From Bdellovibrionales bacterium (lineage in GTDB: Bacteria > Bdellovibrionota > Bdellovibrionia > Bdellovibrionales > UBA1609), in NCBI GenBank assembly GCA_031412575.1, contig JANODG010000088.1, positions 1 to 50,864 of the forward strand: a stretch of DNA of 50,864 nucleotides, in the 5' to 3' direction. The position numbers and the translations under genes are program-made. Below the pieces are notes generated by a model. It worked only from the letters and a program-made list of their open reading frames with translations, ran no database searches and had not been told where the DNA came from. Numbering within the stretch: position 1 is the first letter of the stretch; each line of letters begins with the position of its first letter. Positions 36,385-45,371 of the stretch are shown here, one piece after another.

Positions 36385-37164
36385 ATGAAGTCATTAAAAA
36401 TTGGTATTTCTGCGTTATTGGTTTTGAATACAATTAGTGTTCAAGCTCAGTCTTTAAGCCCATCCACTGAAAAGTCATTGGATCAGATTGCAAATGATAT
36501 CAATCAGTCGGAATCTATTATCTGGTCGGAAGAGCTTAAATTGCGCGGGGAATTACTTTTAAAAGAATCTATCTTAGAAGGTTTTGAGAGCATGGATTCA
36601 TTTAACGAAGCTGCTGGTTTGAACAGTGAATATGGTAAGTTTGTGGCTATTCCAGCTGCGGTAGCGAGTATTTACTTTTTAGCCGTAGGCACACCGAAAG
36701 CCATAAGCCTTGTGAATTTGTTAACCCCAGCAGAAAAATTAAAAGTATTTACAAGTGAATTAAACGCTATCGAGAGAGAAGTTAGAATTGCGAAAGGTGT
36801 TCTATCAAGTGCTGAGGCCTCGGCAAAAAAATTACAAGATGATGTTGCTAGCGGCAGAATATCTGCAGATGCGAATGCATTAGTTTCAGCAGAGGAAAAA
36901 ATCAAAGCTTCAAAATTAAGATATGAAGCAGCAATTGGTAGAAAGACATTACATCTACAAGTGAAGCCAGGCGTATTTTATAAGACTGGTCGATTTATTC
37001 GTGGGGCCGCTAAGACTACACTTGTGGTTGGTGGAGTCGTGTTGTCAGTAAGTATGATTTCAGATGTGGTGATTTTATGGCTACCAGAAAACGTTGAAGC
37101 TTATAAAAATCAAACAACTGCAGATGTTCTTGCTTTAAGAAGTTTGCTCGGACAAGACTTCTAA
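36385..37164 (+). CDS. hypothetical secreted/membrane protein with coiled-coil segment
   Basis: 259 aa with a GGAG RBS, a signal peptide and two hydrophobic helices flanking an Ala/Lys/Glu-rich helical region. Confidence 0.5.
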   Translation: MKSLKIGISALLVLNTISVQAQSLSPSTEKSLDQIANDINQSESIIWSEELKLRGELLLKESILEGFESMDSFNEAAGLNSEYGKFVAIPAAVASIYFLAVGTPKAISLVNLLTPAEKLKVFTSELNAIEREVRIAKGVLSSAEASAKKLQDDVASGRISADANALVSAEEKIKASKLRYEAAIGRKTLHLQVKPGVFYKTGRFIRGAAKTTLVVGGVVLSVSMISDVVILWLPENVEAYKNQTTADVLALRSLLGQDF

Positions 37165-37167
37165 ACA

Positions 37168-38274
37168 ATGCTTGTGTTTCTTTTTCTTTTTTTAAGTTCG
37201 CATACGCAAGCTTTTGAAAAACAATTGCAAGCTTTCGTAGTTCAAAAAGAAAAAGTCGCCAAAGAGTTTGGTGATGAGGTCTTACAAGCACTTTATGACT
37301 ATCGAAAAGAAGTCGAAAAAAATGCGTATCAAAATACGCTTCAACTGTGTGAAGGCTATCGTCGTGCAAAAGGTCTTGGGCCACACCCAGCTCACGGCAA
37401 GTATATGTTCTCGGCAAACGATGCGGCATCGGCATGGGGTAAGATTATTGTAGAAGGTGCCAAACAACCCATATCTGGAACATTTGGACAGAAGGCTGAC
37501 TTCTTACATTACGGTAGATACGGCATGTTCAGTTGGGACAGTTGGTTTCAGTCCATGTACACGATGTACTTAGTGAACTCGTTTGGTTTTTTAGGTGGGG
37601 CAGTTCATTGTTTAGGTACCATAGATGAAAGTGAAATTCAAAAATTCGCGCTAGCGATTGTGGATGTCGATATCGCAGCGTCGTCGATCACGATAGCTGG
37701 CGGTCTTATTGTTACTTTTTTTATTCCCGAACTGCTTTTCCCTAAAATTGTTCAAGCCACTAAATTTGTATTTCGTCCGGTGGTAAAGTTATTTAGTTTA
37801 ATGGGGTTTAGAATAGGAAATACGGTCCCTTTAAAAGTTGCTGGTATTACAATTAGCGGAGTTATAGCAGACAACTTTTTGATCTACTTAGAAAATAAAG
37901 ATCAATTTCAAACCGAATTACAAGATTTGATTAATCCGGACAGTGATGCAGGAAGAGATTCTGCTCAGCGGAAACGGTTTCTACTTCTGACCAAAACATT
38001 TCAGTTATTTTATAAATTATATCAAGACGAAAAAAAGTTAAGAGAACAAAGTGGCAGTGGAGCATGCCAAGCTTGTCAAAATCTTTACAAACCCTATTAT
38101 GAATATTTAATCGAGCATTATAGTAAAGAACTTTTAATAACCACAAAGGCAGATTTTGAAAATTTGTCCTCGAAATATTTTCTTTCTCAAGAAGAAACTC
38201 TTTATTTCGAATTATTAAATGCCTATTTACCCATTTTAAATGAACATTTTCTTATTTCTTTCTCGAACTTTTAA
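37168..38274 (+). CDS. hypothetical multi-pass membrane protein
   Basis: 368 aa. It starts 4 nt after the previous stop (coupled). Signal peptide plus at least 3 TM helices. No family recognised. Confidence 0.5.
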   Translation: MLVFLFLFLSSHTQAFEKQLQAFVVQKEKVAKEFGDEVLQALYDYRKEVEKNAYQNTLQLCEGYRRAKGLGPHPAHGKYMFSANDAASAWGKIIVEGAKQPISGTFGQKADFLHYGRYGMFSWDSWFQSMYTMYLVNSFGFLGGAVHCLGTIDESEIQKFALAIVDVDIAASSITIAGGLIVTFFIPELLFPKIVQATKFVFRPVVKLFSLMGFRIGNTVPLKVAGITISGVIADNFLIYLENKDQFQTELQDLINPDSDAGRDSAQRKRFLLLTKTFQLFYKLYQDEKKLREQSGSGACQACQNLYKPYYEYLIEHYSKELLITTKADFENLSSKYFLSQEETLYFELLNAYLPILNEHFLISFSNF

Positions 38275-38422
38275 TTGAACATAAGCTTAAGGCTTCGACG
38301 AACGTCTAGACTGAATTAATAATTATTTAATAAAATTTATCCAAATCAAAAATATCAACTCTGTAAGTTTAAGAATTAGAATTAAATTTTTATGTTTGAT
38401 CTTTTTATGTCGATATAAAACC

Positions 38423-40483
38423 ATGAGCCAATCCGCACTACAAAAAAATGAAGCCGAAGTCATTGAAGATCAAATTTTAAACCCGGAAGAGGAATCTGCC
38501 CAAATTGCAAATTTTGGTTTGGAAAAACCGGCAGGTCAAACTTCCAATAATAATCCAGAAAATCCCTCTGAAGCTTTTTTAACTTTTTTAAATCTTTACG
38601 AAAAAGATAAAAAAGAGGGGATTCCAAATTCTAAAACTGACATTGATGATCTAAATTCCAAGGAGCTTTTTTTAAATGATGTGGCCAGCCAACTTAAATC
38701 AGAATTTATTGGTCTAGATCAACAAATTGATAAAATCATAAATACATTACGTCCTTGGTATTTAATCCCTAAATCTTTAAATAAGCCCGTAATTTTATCT
38801 TTGTGGGGGATGTCTGGTGTTGGTAAAACAAGTTTGGTTTATCGCTTGGTTGAAAAATTAAATTTCGAAAGTACTTTTTTTAAATATGATTTGGGTAAAA
38901 TTTCTGATGTTCAAAGCGGAATGGGATATCATCTTTCATATTTTGCTAATCGCCAAAGTGTTTTATTCTTTGATGAAGTTCAAATGGCCAGAACCTTAGA
39001 TGCTGTAGGGCATGATATTGATCGCCCCCAACTTCGTGATTTCTGGACTTTATTAGACACGGGAATGCTTCCTATTTTATTCACTGAAATTGTTAGAATG
39101 AGAAACGACATCAAAAGCAGATATCAAGGTTTTGTCGCGAATCCTTATGGGCCTGAACTTTTAATGACAGATTATGATTTTGATTATTTAGCACCGGTCT
39201 TAGGGTTAAGCCGGGACTATAATACGCTTTTAAAAAAGTGTGTTGTCGACGACACCAATCGTTTGATGAATTGGATCATTAACGAAATAGAAAAAAAGAT
39301 TTCAAAAAACGTTTATGAAGATCACACCAAGGCTTTAATCATTTTAGCAGGTAACATTGACGAAGCGTATTCGCAGTTGATGACGGTAGAGCCTGATGAG
39401 TTTACGGCCGAAGAGCTTAAAGAAAATTTGAACACTGTGACGCCTACAAAAATTAAAAAGGGTTTACTGACTCGATTTAGAACCGAGCAAGTCGCAAGAA
39501 TGGGGACTTCTTTAATATTGTTTCCCACACCTTCAGAAAGTTCGTATCAAGGAATTATTAAGCAAAAGCTTTCTAGAATTGAAAACAAAATCAAAAAGGA
39601 TTTTGTTTTTGAATTTAAATTCGAACAATCAGTGCACGATATGATTTATAAAAAGGGTGTCATTCCCACTCAAGGTGTCCGCCCCATTTTATCTATGATC
39701 TCTGAACAGGTGGAATCTAGATTACCAACTTGGATTGTTGAAAGTGCAAAAAATGGATTTTCAGAATACAGCGTGAACTTCGACGGAGCTAAAAATGCTT
39801 TTACAATCAGTCACAAAAATAAAACCATATTTACAGATGTGCTATTAACGGAAATTGAAAGTATCAAAATTAAAATTCCTGATGCTAAATTCATTGAATA
39901 CTTAGCGATACACGAAGCTGCACATTTGGTTGTAGGGATTAGCTTAATGGGGATGTTGCCTCAACGAATAATTTTTAAAGAAAGTTTTGCTGGAAATGTT
40001 ATGCCTCAGGTCAGATTTAGACCTACATCCCTTTTAACTGCAAAAATTTCCATGGATTTTGTCGCAATGAACTTAGCGGGCTATGCGGCTGAAATTAAAA
40101 AGTACGGTAAGGAAGGTTTAAGTTCAGGGGCAACTATGGATCTTAAATCTGCAACAGGTTTAGTATCCCAAATGATCATGGAAATGGGTATGGGATCGCA
40201 CATAGGTGTCACACTGCCGCACCCAGATCTGGTTCACAACATCAAATCGATGCAAGCGGCCGACGACGAAGCCAAAGAAAAACTTCTTAAACAGGCCTAC
40301 GTGACTGCAGAACAAGAACTTAAAACACAATCCTTGTTTTATGATCACGTTGTTGAAGAACTAAAAACAAAACACTGTTTACCTCAAGAGCGCTTAGCCG
40401 AATTGCTGTTCAAACACTTCGAAGCCACAGACGAAGAAAAAGTAAATATCGTCAATCGTAAAAACCACAAGTATATGGATTAA
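38423..40483 (+). CDS. soluble AAA+/P-loop ATPase fused to an FtsH-type (M41) zinc-metallopeptidase domain
   Basis: Walker A is GMSGVGKTS and Walker B is VLFFDEVQ. The C-terminal AIHEAAHLVVG (HEXXH) ...NLAGYAAEIKKYG...SGATMDLKSATGLVSQMIMEMGMG parallels the FtsH protease domain. The N-terminus has no TM helix. The start is set at MSQSAL. Confidence 0.78.
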   Translation: MSQSALQKNEAEVIEDQILNPEEESAQIANFGLEKPAGQTSNNNPENPSEAFLTFLNLYEKDKKEGIPNSKTDIDDLNSKELFLNDVASQLKSEFIGLDQQIDKIINTLRPWYLIPKSLNKPVILSLWGMSGVGKTSLVYRLVEKLNFESTFFKYDLGKISDVQSGMGYHLSYFANRQSVLFFDEVQMARTLDAVGHDIDRPQLRDFWTLLDTGMLPILFTEIVRMRNDIKSRYQGFVANPYGPELLMTDYDFDYLAPVLGLSRDYNTLLKKCVVDDTNRLMNWIINEIEKKISKNVYEDHTKALIILAGNIDEAYSQLMTVEPDEFTAEELKENLNTVTPTKIKKGLLTRFRTEQVARMGTSLILFPTPSESSYQGIIKQKLSRIENKIKKDFVFEFKFEQSVHDMIYKKGVIPTQGVRPILSMISEQVESRLPTWIVESAKNGFSEYSVNFDGAKNAFTISHKNKTIFTDVLLTEIESIKIKIPDAKFIEYLAIHEAAHLVVGISLMGMLPQRIIFKESFAGNVMPQVRFRPTSLLTAKISMDFVAMNLAGYAAEIKKYGKEGLSSGATMDLKSATGLVSQMIMEMGMGSHIGVTLPHPDLVHNIKSMQAADDEAKEKLLKQAYVTAEQELKTQSLFYDHVVEELKTKHCLPQERLAELLFKHFEATDEEKVNIVNRKNHKYMD

Positions 40484-40484
40484 A

Positions 40485-40599
40485 GCCCGCAGAAGGAAAA
40501 GTTCCGCCCGCGGCAGGCGGAAAAGTTCCAGCGAGTTGGCCTTAAGGGCGTGCGAAGCCGCCCTAAAGGAAGGCCAACGAGTGAACTAGACAGCGCAAC
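40485..40599 (+). repeat. GC-rich multi-hairpin repeat, copy C (archetypal)
   Basis: GCCCGCAGAAGGAAAAGTTCC-GCCCGCGGCAGGCGGAAAAGTTCC-AGCGAG-TTGGCCTT-AA-GGGCGTGCGAAGCCGCCC-TAAAGG-AAGGCCAA-C-GAGTGAACTAGACAGCGCAAC. It begins 1 nt after the TAA stop of the upstream gene. Confidence 0.92.
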
Positions 40600-40723
40600 A
40601 ACTACCAACTTCCACTCAACATGTTAAATAGTTCAACAGCTCCTATCGCTCATAAATCACTAAATCCCTTGCTGTCTTGGCATAAACAATGCTTAGTTAA
40701 TCCTGATCCTAGAGGGCGATTCA

Positions 40724-42262
40724 ATGTACGTACGGACATTTCGATTTTTACTTTTCTGGACACTAAGTCATTTCTTTGTCTTTGCGACGTCTTGGGGTAA
40801 TTCCGAAAGTATTCACATTTCCTTTGCAGGCTGCAGACAATTTCAGGTTAAAGGTGAACTTCCATCAAGTTTAGGGGATCAAATCGTGATGGCGTCTTCC
40901 TTAAAAGTTGATGAGCGTTGGATCAAGGACTTAGAGTCAGTTTTCCTTCAACATAATCAAAATTCCGCTCACACTTTAGATCATATATTAAGCTCTCCAG
41001 CTTTCTTTCATTATCAAGCAGTCCCTTTTAATCTGTCGATGATTAATAGCTCAACCCAAGAAGCCTCAATCCATGGATCTTTTGAGTTAAACTTTAGAGC
41101 CAGTGATTTCGCTTTTGCAAAGAAAAATAATTTTATCTGGGTTAGATCAAAGGATTTTAATTTTTTAGTGCTGATCACTCCAGGCACCGATGCTTGTGAT
41201 AAAATTAGTTTTAAGGTTCAGTCGGCCTTCACGAAAGATCTTCCAAAATTCCAAAAAGTGTTATTAGCGGCACCCACCCAAAAAATCTACAAAGCCAAAG
41301 ACATGCCTAAGGATCTTGAGCCTAAAAATTTTAAACAAGTGGCAGACTCCATGCGCAGTTATGCACAACAAAACTGTTCAGGCACTTTTATCTCAACCGA
41401 TGGTTATTACTTAACGGCATTGCACTGCATAGGTCCTGTGCTGGAAAAAATGAAAAAAGCCAAAGTGCTTTCGTGGCCATTAACTACAGAAGACCCCGGG
41501 CTTAACGCCAACTTTGCTGCACGAACAATCGTCCCAATCTTACCTTTGGATAAAAATATGAAAGTATCCAGCACAGCTGATCCTTCAATGTCCGCGAAGC
41601 TTATGGGCATTGAAGATGGTGAACCCTTAATTGCTGCGATAGGAACTTCGGGTTTTACGATTCGACCTTCGATCGAACACTGGTCCGAATATCCAGAATC
41701 TATGCGCCAATTTTTTATCCTTAATGATATGGACTGGGTCATTCTTAAGTACGACTTAAAAGATAAAAAAGTACCATGCACACGGCTGGCAAATTTAAAC
41801 TCGAACTTCGGTGATCCGCTGTGGGCAATGGGTTTTCCCGCCAAAGATATTTCACAACCATCCGAGTTCTCGAATAAAAATAGGGAGCTATTCGTTTCTT
41901 TAGGTCATCATCGAAAAGACTATACAGAACTTGCGCCTCATTTGGGATTTATTGGAGAGTACATTCATGACAGTGAGTACTTCATCAGTCATTTGGCGAC
42001 AAACCAAATGCTTAACAACGAACTTTCCATACTGTCAGACCATTTAGCCACCGCCGGCATGAGTGGTGGGCCATTGATCAACGAAGAGGGGGAATTGACG
42101 GGAGTGTTGTTCGAGGCTTCTCATCGTTATAAAACAGCCGAATATTCATCCCTGTACACCAACACTATGCTTCGCTCGATTCGATCCGACGTGATTCAAA
42201 AAGAAGTTATAAAACAAGTTGGCGACGTTAAGTCCAATGCTATTTTTAGCTGTGCTTTATAA
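40724..42262 (+). CDS. secreted trypsin-like (S1/Trypsin_2) serine peptidase with a ~200-aa N-terminal domain
   Basis: 512 aa with a signal peptide. The triad contexts are YYLTALHCIGP (His), DMDWVILKY (Asp) and TAGMSGGPLIN (Ser). Confidence 0.7.
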   Translation: MYVRTFRFLLFWTLSHFFVFATSWGNSESIHISFAGCRQFQVKGELPSSLGDQIVMASSLKVDERWIKDLESVFLQHNQNSAHTLDHILSSPAFFHYQAVPFNLSMINSSTQEASIHGSFELNFRASDFAFAKKNNFIWVRSKDFNFLVLITPGTDACDKISFKVQSAFTKDLPKFQKVLLAAPTQKIYKAKDMPKDLEPKNFKQVADSMRSYAQQNCSGTFISTDGYYLTALHCIGPVLEKMKKAKVLSWPLTTEDPGLNANFAARTIVPILPLDKNMKVSSTADPSMSAKLMGIEDGEPLIAAIGTSGFTIRPSIEHWSEYPESMRQFFILNDMDWVILKYDLKDKKVPCTRLANLNSNFGDPLWAMGFPAKDISQPSEFSNKNRELFVSLGHHRKDYTELAPHLGFIGEYIHDSEYFISHLATNQMLNNELSILSDHLATAGMSGGPLINEEGELTGVLFEASHRYKTAEYSSLYTNTMLRSIRSDVIQKEVIKQVGDVKSNAIFSCAL

Positions 42263-42449
42263 ATAGTGAACACAATTATAGGGCCGAAAAACGTCACCCA
42301 AATCCCTGATTGAATACCTTAACGACCAAATTTGACCAAAAAACCCATCAATTCAGCCTAATTACATATTTAATCTGGCTTAGAATTTGCCTTATTAGAC
42401 CGAGCTAAGTCGCAGAACGATAAGGTCCACTAAGCTCTAGGTTGGAGGC

Positions 42450-43625
42450 ATGAAAATGCAACATTTAATAGTAAAACGGATTTTAAAAGGCTCAATGCTT
42501 ACGTTTCTTTTTTCAGGCTTAATGGCTTGTAAAGAATCTGATGGATTTTCATCTGCAAAAGGTGGAATCGAAGGCTTTACACATGCACGTGTACAACCGG
42601 TTGTGTTGATACCATTAACTGAAGAAGCCGCTCAAGGCATTCAAGATCGTTTAGAAGCTTTAGCTAGTTTAGAAGAAAACATCGAACTTAAAGATGAACG
42701 CATTCAACAATTAGAGGACGAACTTGCTGAACGAGTAAGTGCTTTGGATGCAAAGATTCTTGAAAATCAAACTAAACTTTTAGCAATTCAATCACAAAAC
42801 GGCGACATCACTCCAAATGATGTTCGTAAGATGAATCAAGAGCGCGCGGAATTAAAAGCACAAGTTGACCAATTTACGGAAGAGTATTTAGAAAATGTTG
42901 AAAATTACAAAGCTGAATTCGAAACCATGATCGCAAGCTTTTCTGAATTAGTGACTGAGCTGTCGAAATATGAATCTACGGAAGAACTTGAAAGTTTTAG
43001 AACTTTGATTTTAGAGAAGTTAAAAGTTTTAGAAGCTGACCGTGATTTAGTTTTAGCGCGTATCTCAGAAAAAGAATCTTCAATTTCAGAACTTCAATCA
43101 CGAATTGCAGATCTTGAAGGCGACACAAGCCCGGAAGCTATATCTGAACTTAATGGATTAAAAGAAGACCTGGTTGAAGAGCAATCAAGTCTTGCAGAAG
43201 ACGCAGCAATAGCTGGTGCATTGAATGGTTTACTTGAATCTTCTAACGAAGTTTTAGCTCCAGTAACTCCAGTAATGCCAACAGGTGCAGCTTTGGATCA
43301 GCCATCGACGCCAGTAGCAGGTGATGTTCCGGTGATCAGTAACCAGTTAACTCCAGCAGCACAGGCTATGGAAATAAATCAACAGATCAAGGATCTTAAG
43401 GCTGCTAACGAAAGTTTAAACGCCATTCTTGCTTCGTTAAACGCTGAGATTAAACAGAAGGATGATGCGATTGCATTAAACAACACGACTCAATTACAAG
43501 TACAAAAGAGTGGTTTGTTAACAGAAAAATCAGAAACTTTGGAAGCCATCACAATGAATGAAGCTAAAATCGCTCCATTAAAAGTGGCATTAACTCGCCT
43601 CCAACGAATGATCGTTGGTATGTAG
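42450..43625 (+). CDS. coiled-coil lipoprotein
   Basis: 391 aa with lipobox FSGLMAC and a long Glu/Leu/Lys heptad-like region. The TAG stop abuts repeat copy D. Confidence 0.6.
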   Translation: MKMQHLIVKRILKGSMLTFLFSGLMACKESDGFSSAKGGIEGFTHARVQPVVLIPLTEEAAQGIQDRLEALASLEENIELKDERIQQLEDELAERVSALDAKILENQTKLLAIQSQNGDITPNDVRKMNQERAELKAQVDQFTEEYLENVENYKAEFETMIASFSELVTELSKYESTEELESFRTLILEKLKVLEADRDLVLARISEKESSISELQSRIADLEGDTSPEAISELNGLKEDLVEEQSSLAEDAAIAGALNGLLESSNEVLAPVTPVMPTGAALDQPSTPVAGDVPVISNQLTPAAQAMEINQQIKDLKAANESLNAILASLNAEIKQKDDAIALNNTTQLQVQKSGLLTEKSETLEAITMNEAKIAPLKVALTRLQRMIVGM

Positions 43626-43741
43626 CCCCACGCAGTAGGAAAAGTTCCGCTCCGCGCAGCGGGAAAAGTTCCAGCGAAGTGCGCAGGGCGTGCGCAGCCG
43701 CCCGAAAAGCGCACGAGTGAACTAGACATCGCCCCCGCGCA
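43625..43741 (+). repeat. GC-rich multi-hairpin repeat, copy D
   Basis: CCCCAC-GCA-GTAGG-AAAAGTTCC, CCGC-GCA-GCGG-GAAAAGTTCC, AGCGAA, the outer stem GTGCGC/GCGCAC around GGGCGTGCGCAGCCGCCC, then GAGTGAACTAGACA. Confidence 0.92.
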
Positions 43742-43747
43742 CAAAGC

Positions 43748-43781
43748 AAAAAAAAGACACCTATCCAGGTGTCTTTTTTTT
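43748..43781 (+). terminator. intrinsic terminator (A8-GACACCT-ATCC-AGGTGTC-T8)
   Basis: Perfect 7-bp GC-containing stem with a 4-nt loop and a T8 tail. It lies immediately after repeat copy D. Confidence 0.8.
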
Positions 43782-43973
43782 GTTATCATTTAAACTTTCA
43801 AAACCTTAGACCTGATAATTCATTACAAATTTATAGGGTGAAGCTCTTATGAGACATTACGTTTCAGCTAAGTTATTACTTTACCGTCCGCTCTGTCATA
43901 TTTTCAATGCAACTTTCCTTACAGATTTAATGAATATACACTTTTCTTATTTAAACTTTTAGGAGGTAATTTT

Positions 43974-44438
43974 ATGATTAAATCTTTTTTTGTTGTTCTA
44001 TCGTTTGCATGTTTGGGAACGGCCGCACAAGCTGTTAACTTAGATGGTTACTATCAGACATATGGCTGCGTTAACTATAAAGGGCAAAATGATACTCTAT
44101 GGTCGACGGTTGTTTCAATTCACCTAAGTTCAGATGGGCAAATAGCTGTTTCTGATCAAGTATTTGAAGGTCCAGATTGTAAGACCGCATATTTTGCGAG
44201 CCACAAATACGGAACTTATTTAGTCACTGGCGATAATCTTCGATTCAGCATGAATAAATCTAATTTTATCGTTCTTTCAAATTCTGAAGAGCTAAAAGAT
44301 ATTCCATCAAGTAGCGACGACGTAATCAAAGAAGAAGGCTACTATCTTTTAGAAACCTCATTTACTGCAGCAACCCGCGATGTGTCTATAAACTACGGCG
44401 GATTCAGATTGGGTAAAATTGGAATTTCTAATAAGTAG
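43974..44438 (+). CDS. hypothetical secreted protein
   Basis: 154 aa with an AGGAGG RBS and signal peptide ...AAQA/VN. Confidence 0.55.
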   Translation: MIKSFFVVLSFACLGTAAQAVNLDGYYQTYGCVNYKGQNDTLWSTVVSIHLSSDGQIAVSDQVFEGPDCKTAYFASHKYGTYLVTGDNLRFSMNKSNFIVLSNSEELKDIPSSSDDVIKEEGYYLLETSFTAATRDVSINYGGFRLGKIGISNK

Positions 44439-44512
44439 AATACGGATACAAACCCTTTGTTTATAATCTAATTTAAAATTGTTATATTAAATTTAGCCTT
44501 TTCATTTCAGGC

Positions 44513-44545
44513 AAAAAAAAAGACACCCTTACAGGTGCCTTTTTT
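44513..44545. terminator. bidirectional intrinsic terminator (A9-GACACC...GGTGCC-T6), a paralogue of the one at 43748
   Basis: The 7-bp stem is fully paired on the minus strand (one G-U pair) and serves rpsD. It has one mismatch on the plus strand. Confidence 0.7.
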
Positions 44546-44568
44546 GATCTCAATTTAAAAAAATTAAA

Positions 44569-45198
44569 TTAAGCTTTTCTAATTGAATAATACTCAGTGA
44601 TTAAACCAGATTGAAACGCAAAAGGAATCGCTTCCAAACCAGGAATGTTCACGATTTTTCCGATTTCTTTTCCATCTTTAGCTTCTTTAGCTAAAAAGTC
44701 CGGAGTTTCCATTCTTGGGTTATCTTTTGCTCTTAAGTAACACTGATGCTCGTAAGATGTATCTTTCAAAGTAACAACATCACCAACTCTTAATACCGCA
44801 GAACCAACGTCAATTTTTTTACCATTAAGTAAAACGTGACCGTGACCAATAAGCTGTCTTGCAGCGCGGATACTAGGTGCGAAATTTAAACGAAATACAA
44901 CGTTATCTAAACGTCTCTCTAATAAACCAGCTAATGAATTAATCCAGTTCGCAGAAGAACCTTTTTTAGAGTCTCTAATGAAACGACGTAATTGTTTTTC
45001 ACGTAAGCAATAGTTGTGTAAGATCTTTTGTTTTTCTTCAAGTTGAAGAGCATAGTTAGAGAATTTTTTTCTTTTTGAACCGTGCTCACCTGGTGGATAA
45101 GGTTTTCTTTCTAAAGCTCCAGCTTTTCCTAAACCTGGAAGTTCAACACCAAGTCTTCTTTGGGTTTTGTACTTAGGTTTAACCCGTTGTTTTGACAT
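44569..45198 (-). CDS. rpsD: 30S ribosomal protein S4
   Basis: 209 aa with an N-terminal ...KYKTQRRLGVEL... segment and the S4 RNA-binding domain RLDNVVFRLNFAPSIRAARQLIGHGHVLLNGKKIDV. Confidence 0.97.
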   Translation of the reverse strand: MSKQRVKPKYKTQRRLGVELPGLGKAGALERKPYPPGEHGSKRKKFSNYALQLEEKQKILHNYCLREKQLRRFIRDSKKGSSANWINSLAGLLERRLDNVVFRLNFAPSIRAARQLIGHGHVLLNGKKIDVGSAVLRVGDVVTLKDTSYEHQCYLRAKDNPRMETPDFLAKEAKDGKEIGKIVNIPGLEAIPFAFQSGLITEYYSIRKA

Positions 45199-45371
45199 TA
45201 AGAGATCTCCTTATTATTAATAAATCTTAAATTTTGAATCTAGAAAAATACACGAAAAAGCTAGAATTACCAACTTTAAAAGTGCCCTAAACGTGAAGCT
45301 ATGCATAATACCCTAAACAGCCAAAATCAATCTAAAATTGCAAAAGGTTAAGTTTTTATCTACTTTGGGAC

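Noticed and set aside
37016-37435. 139-aa minus-strand ORF. Similar antisense ORFs occur at 41407-41844, 19800-20117, 1390-1755 and 20249-20491.
   Set aside because: They lie entirely within, or overlap, plus-strand genes that have recognisable motifs or operon structure. They have no RBS or family signal.
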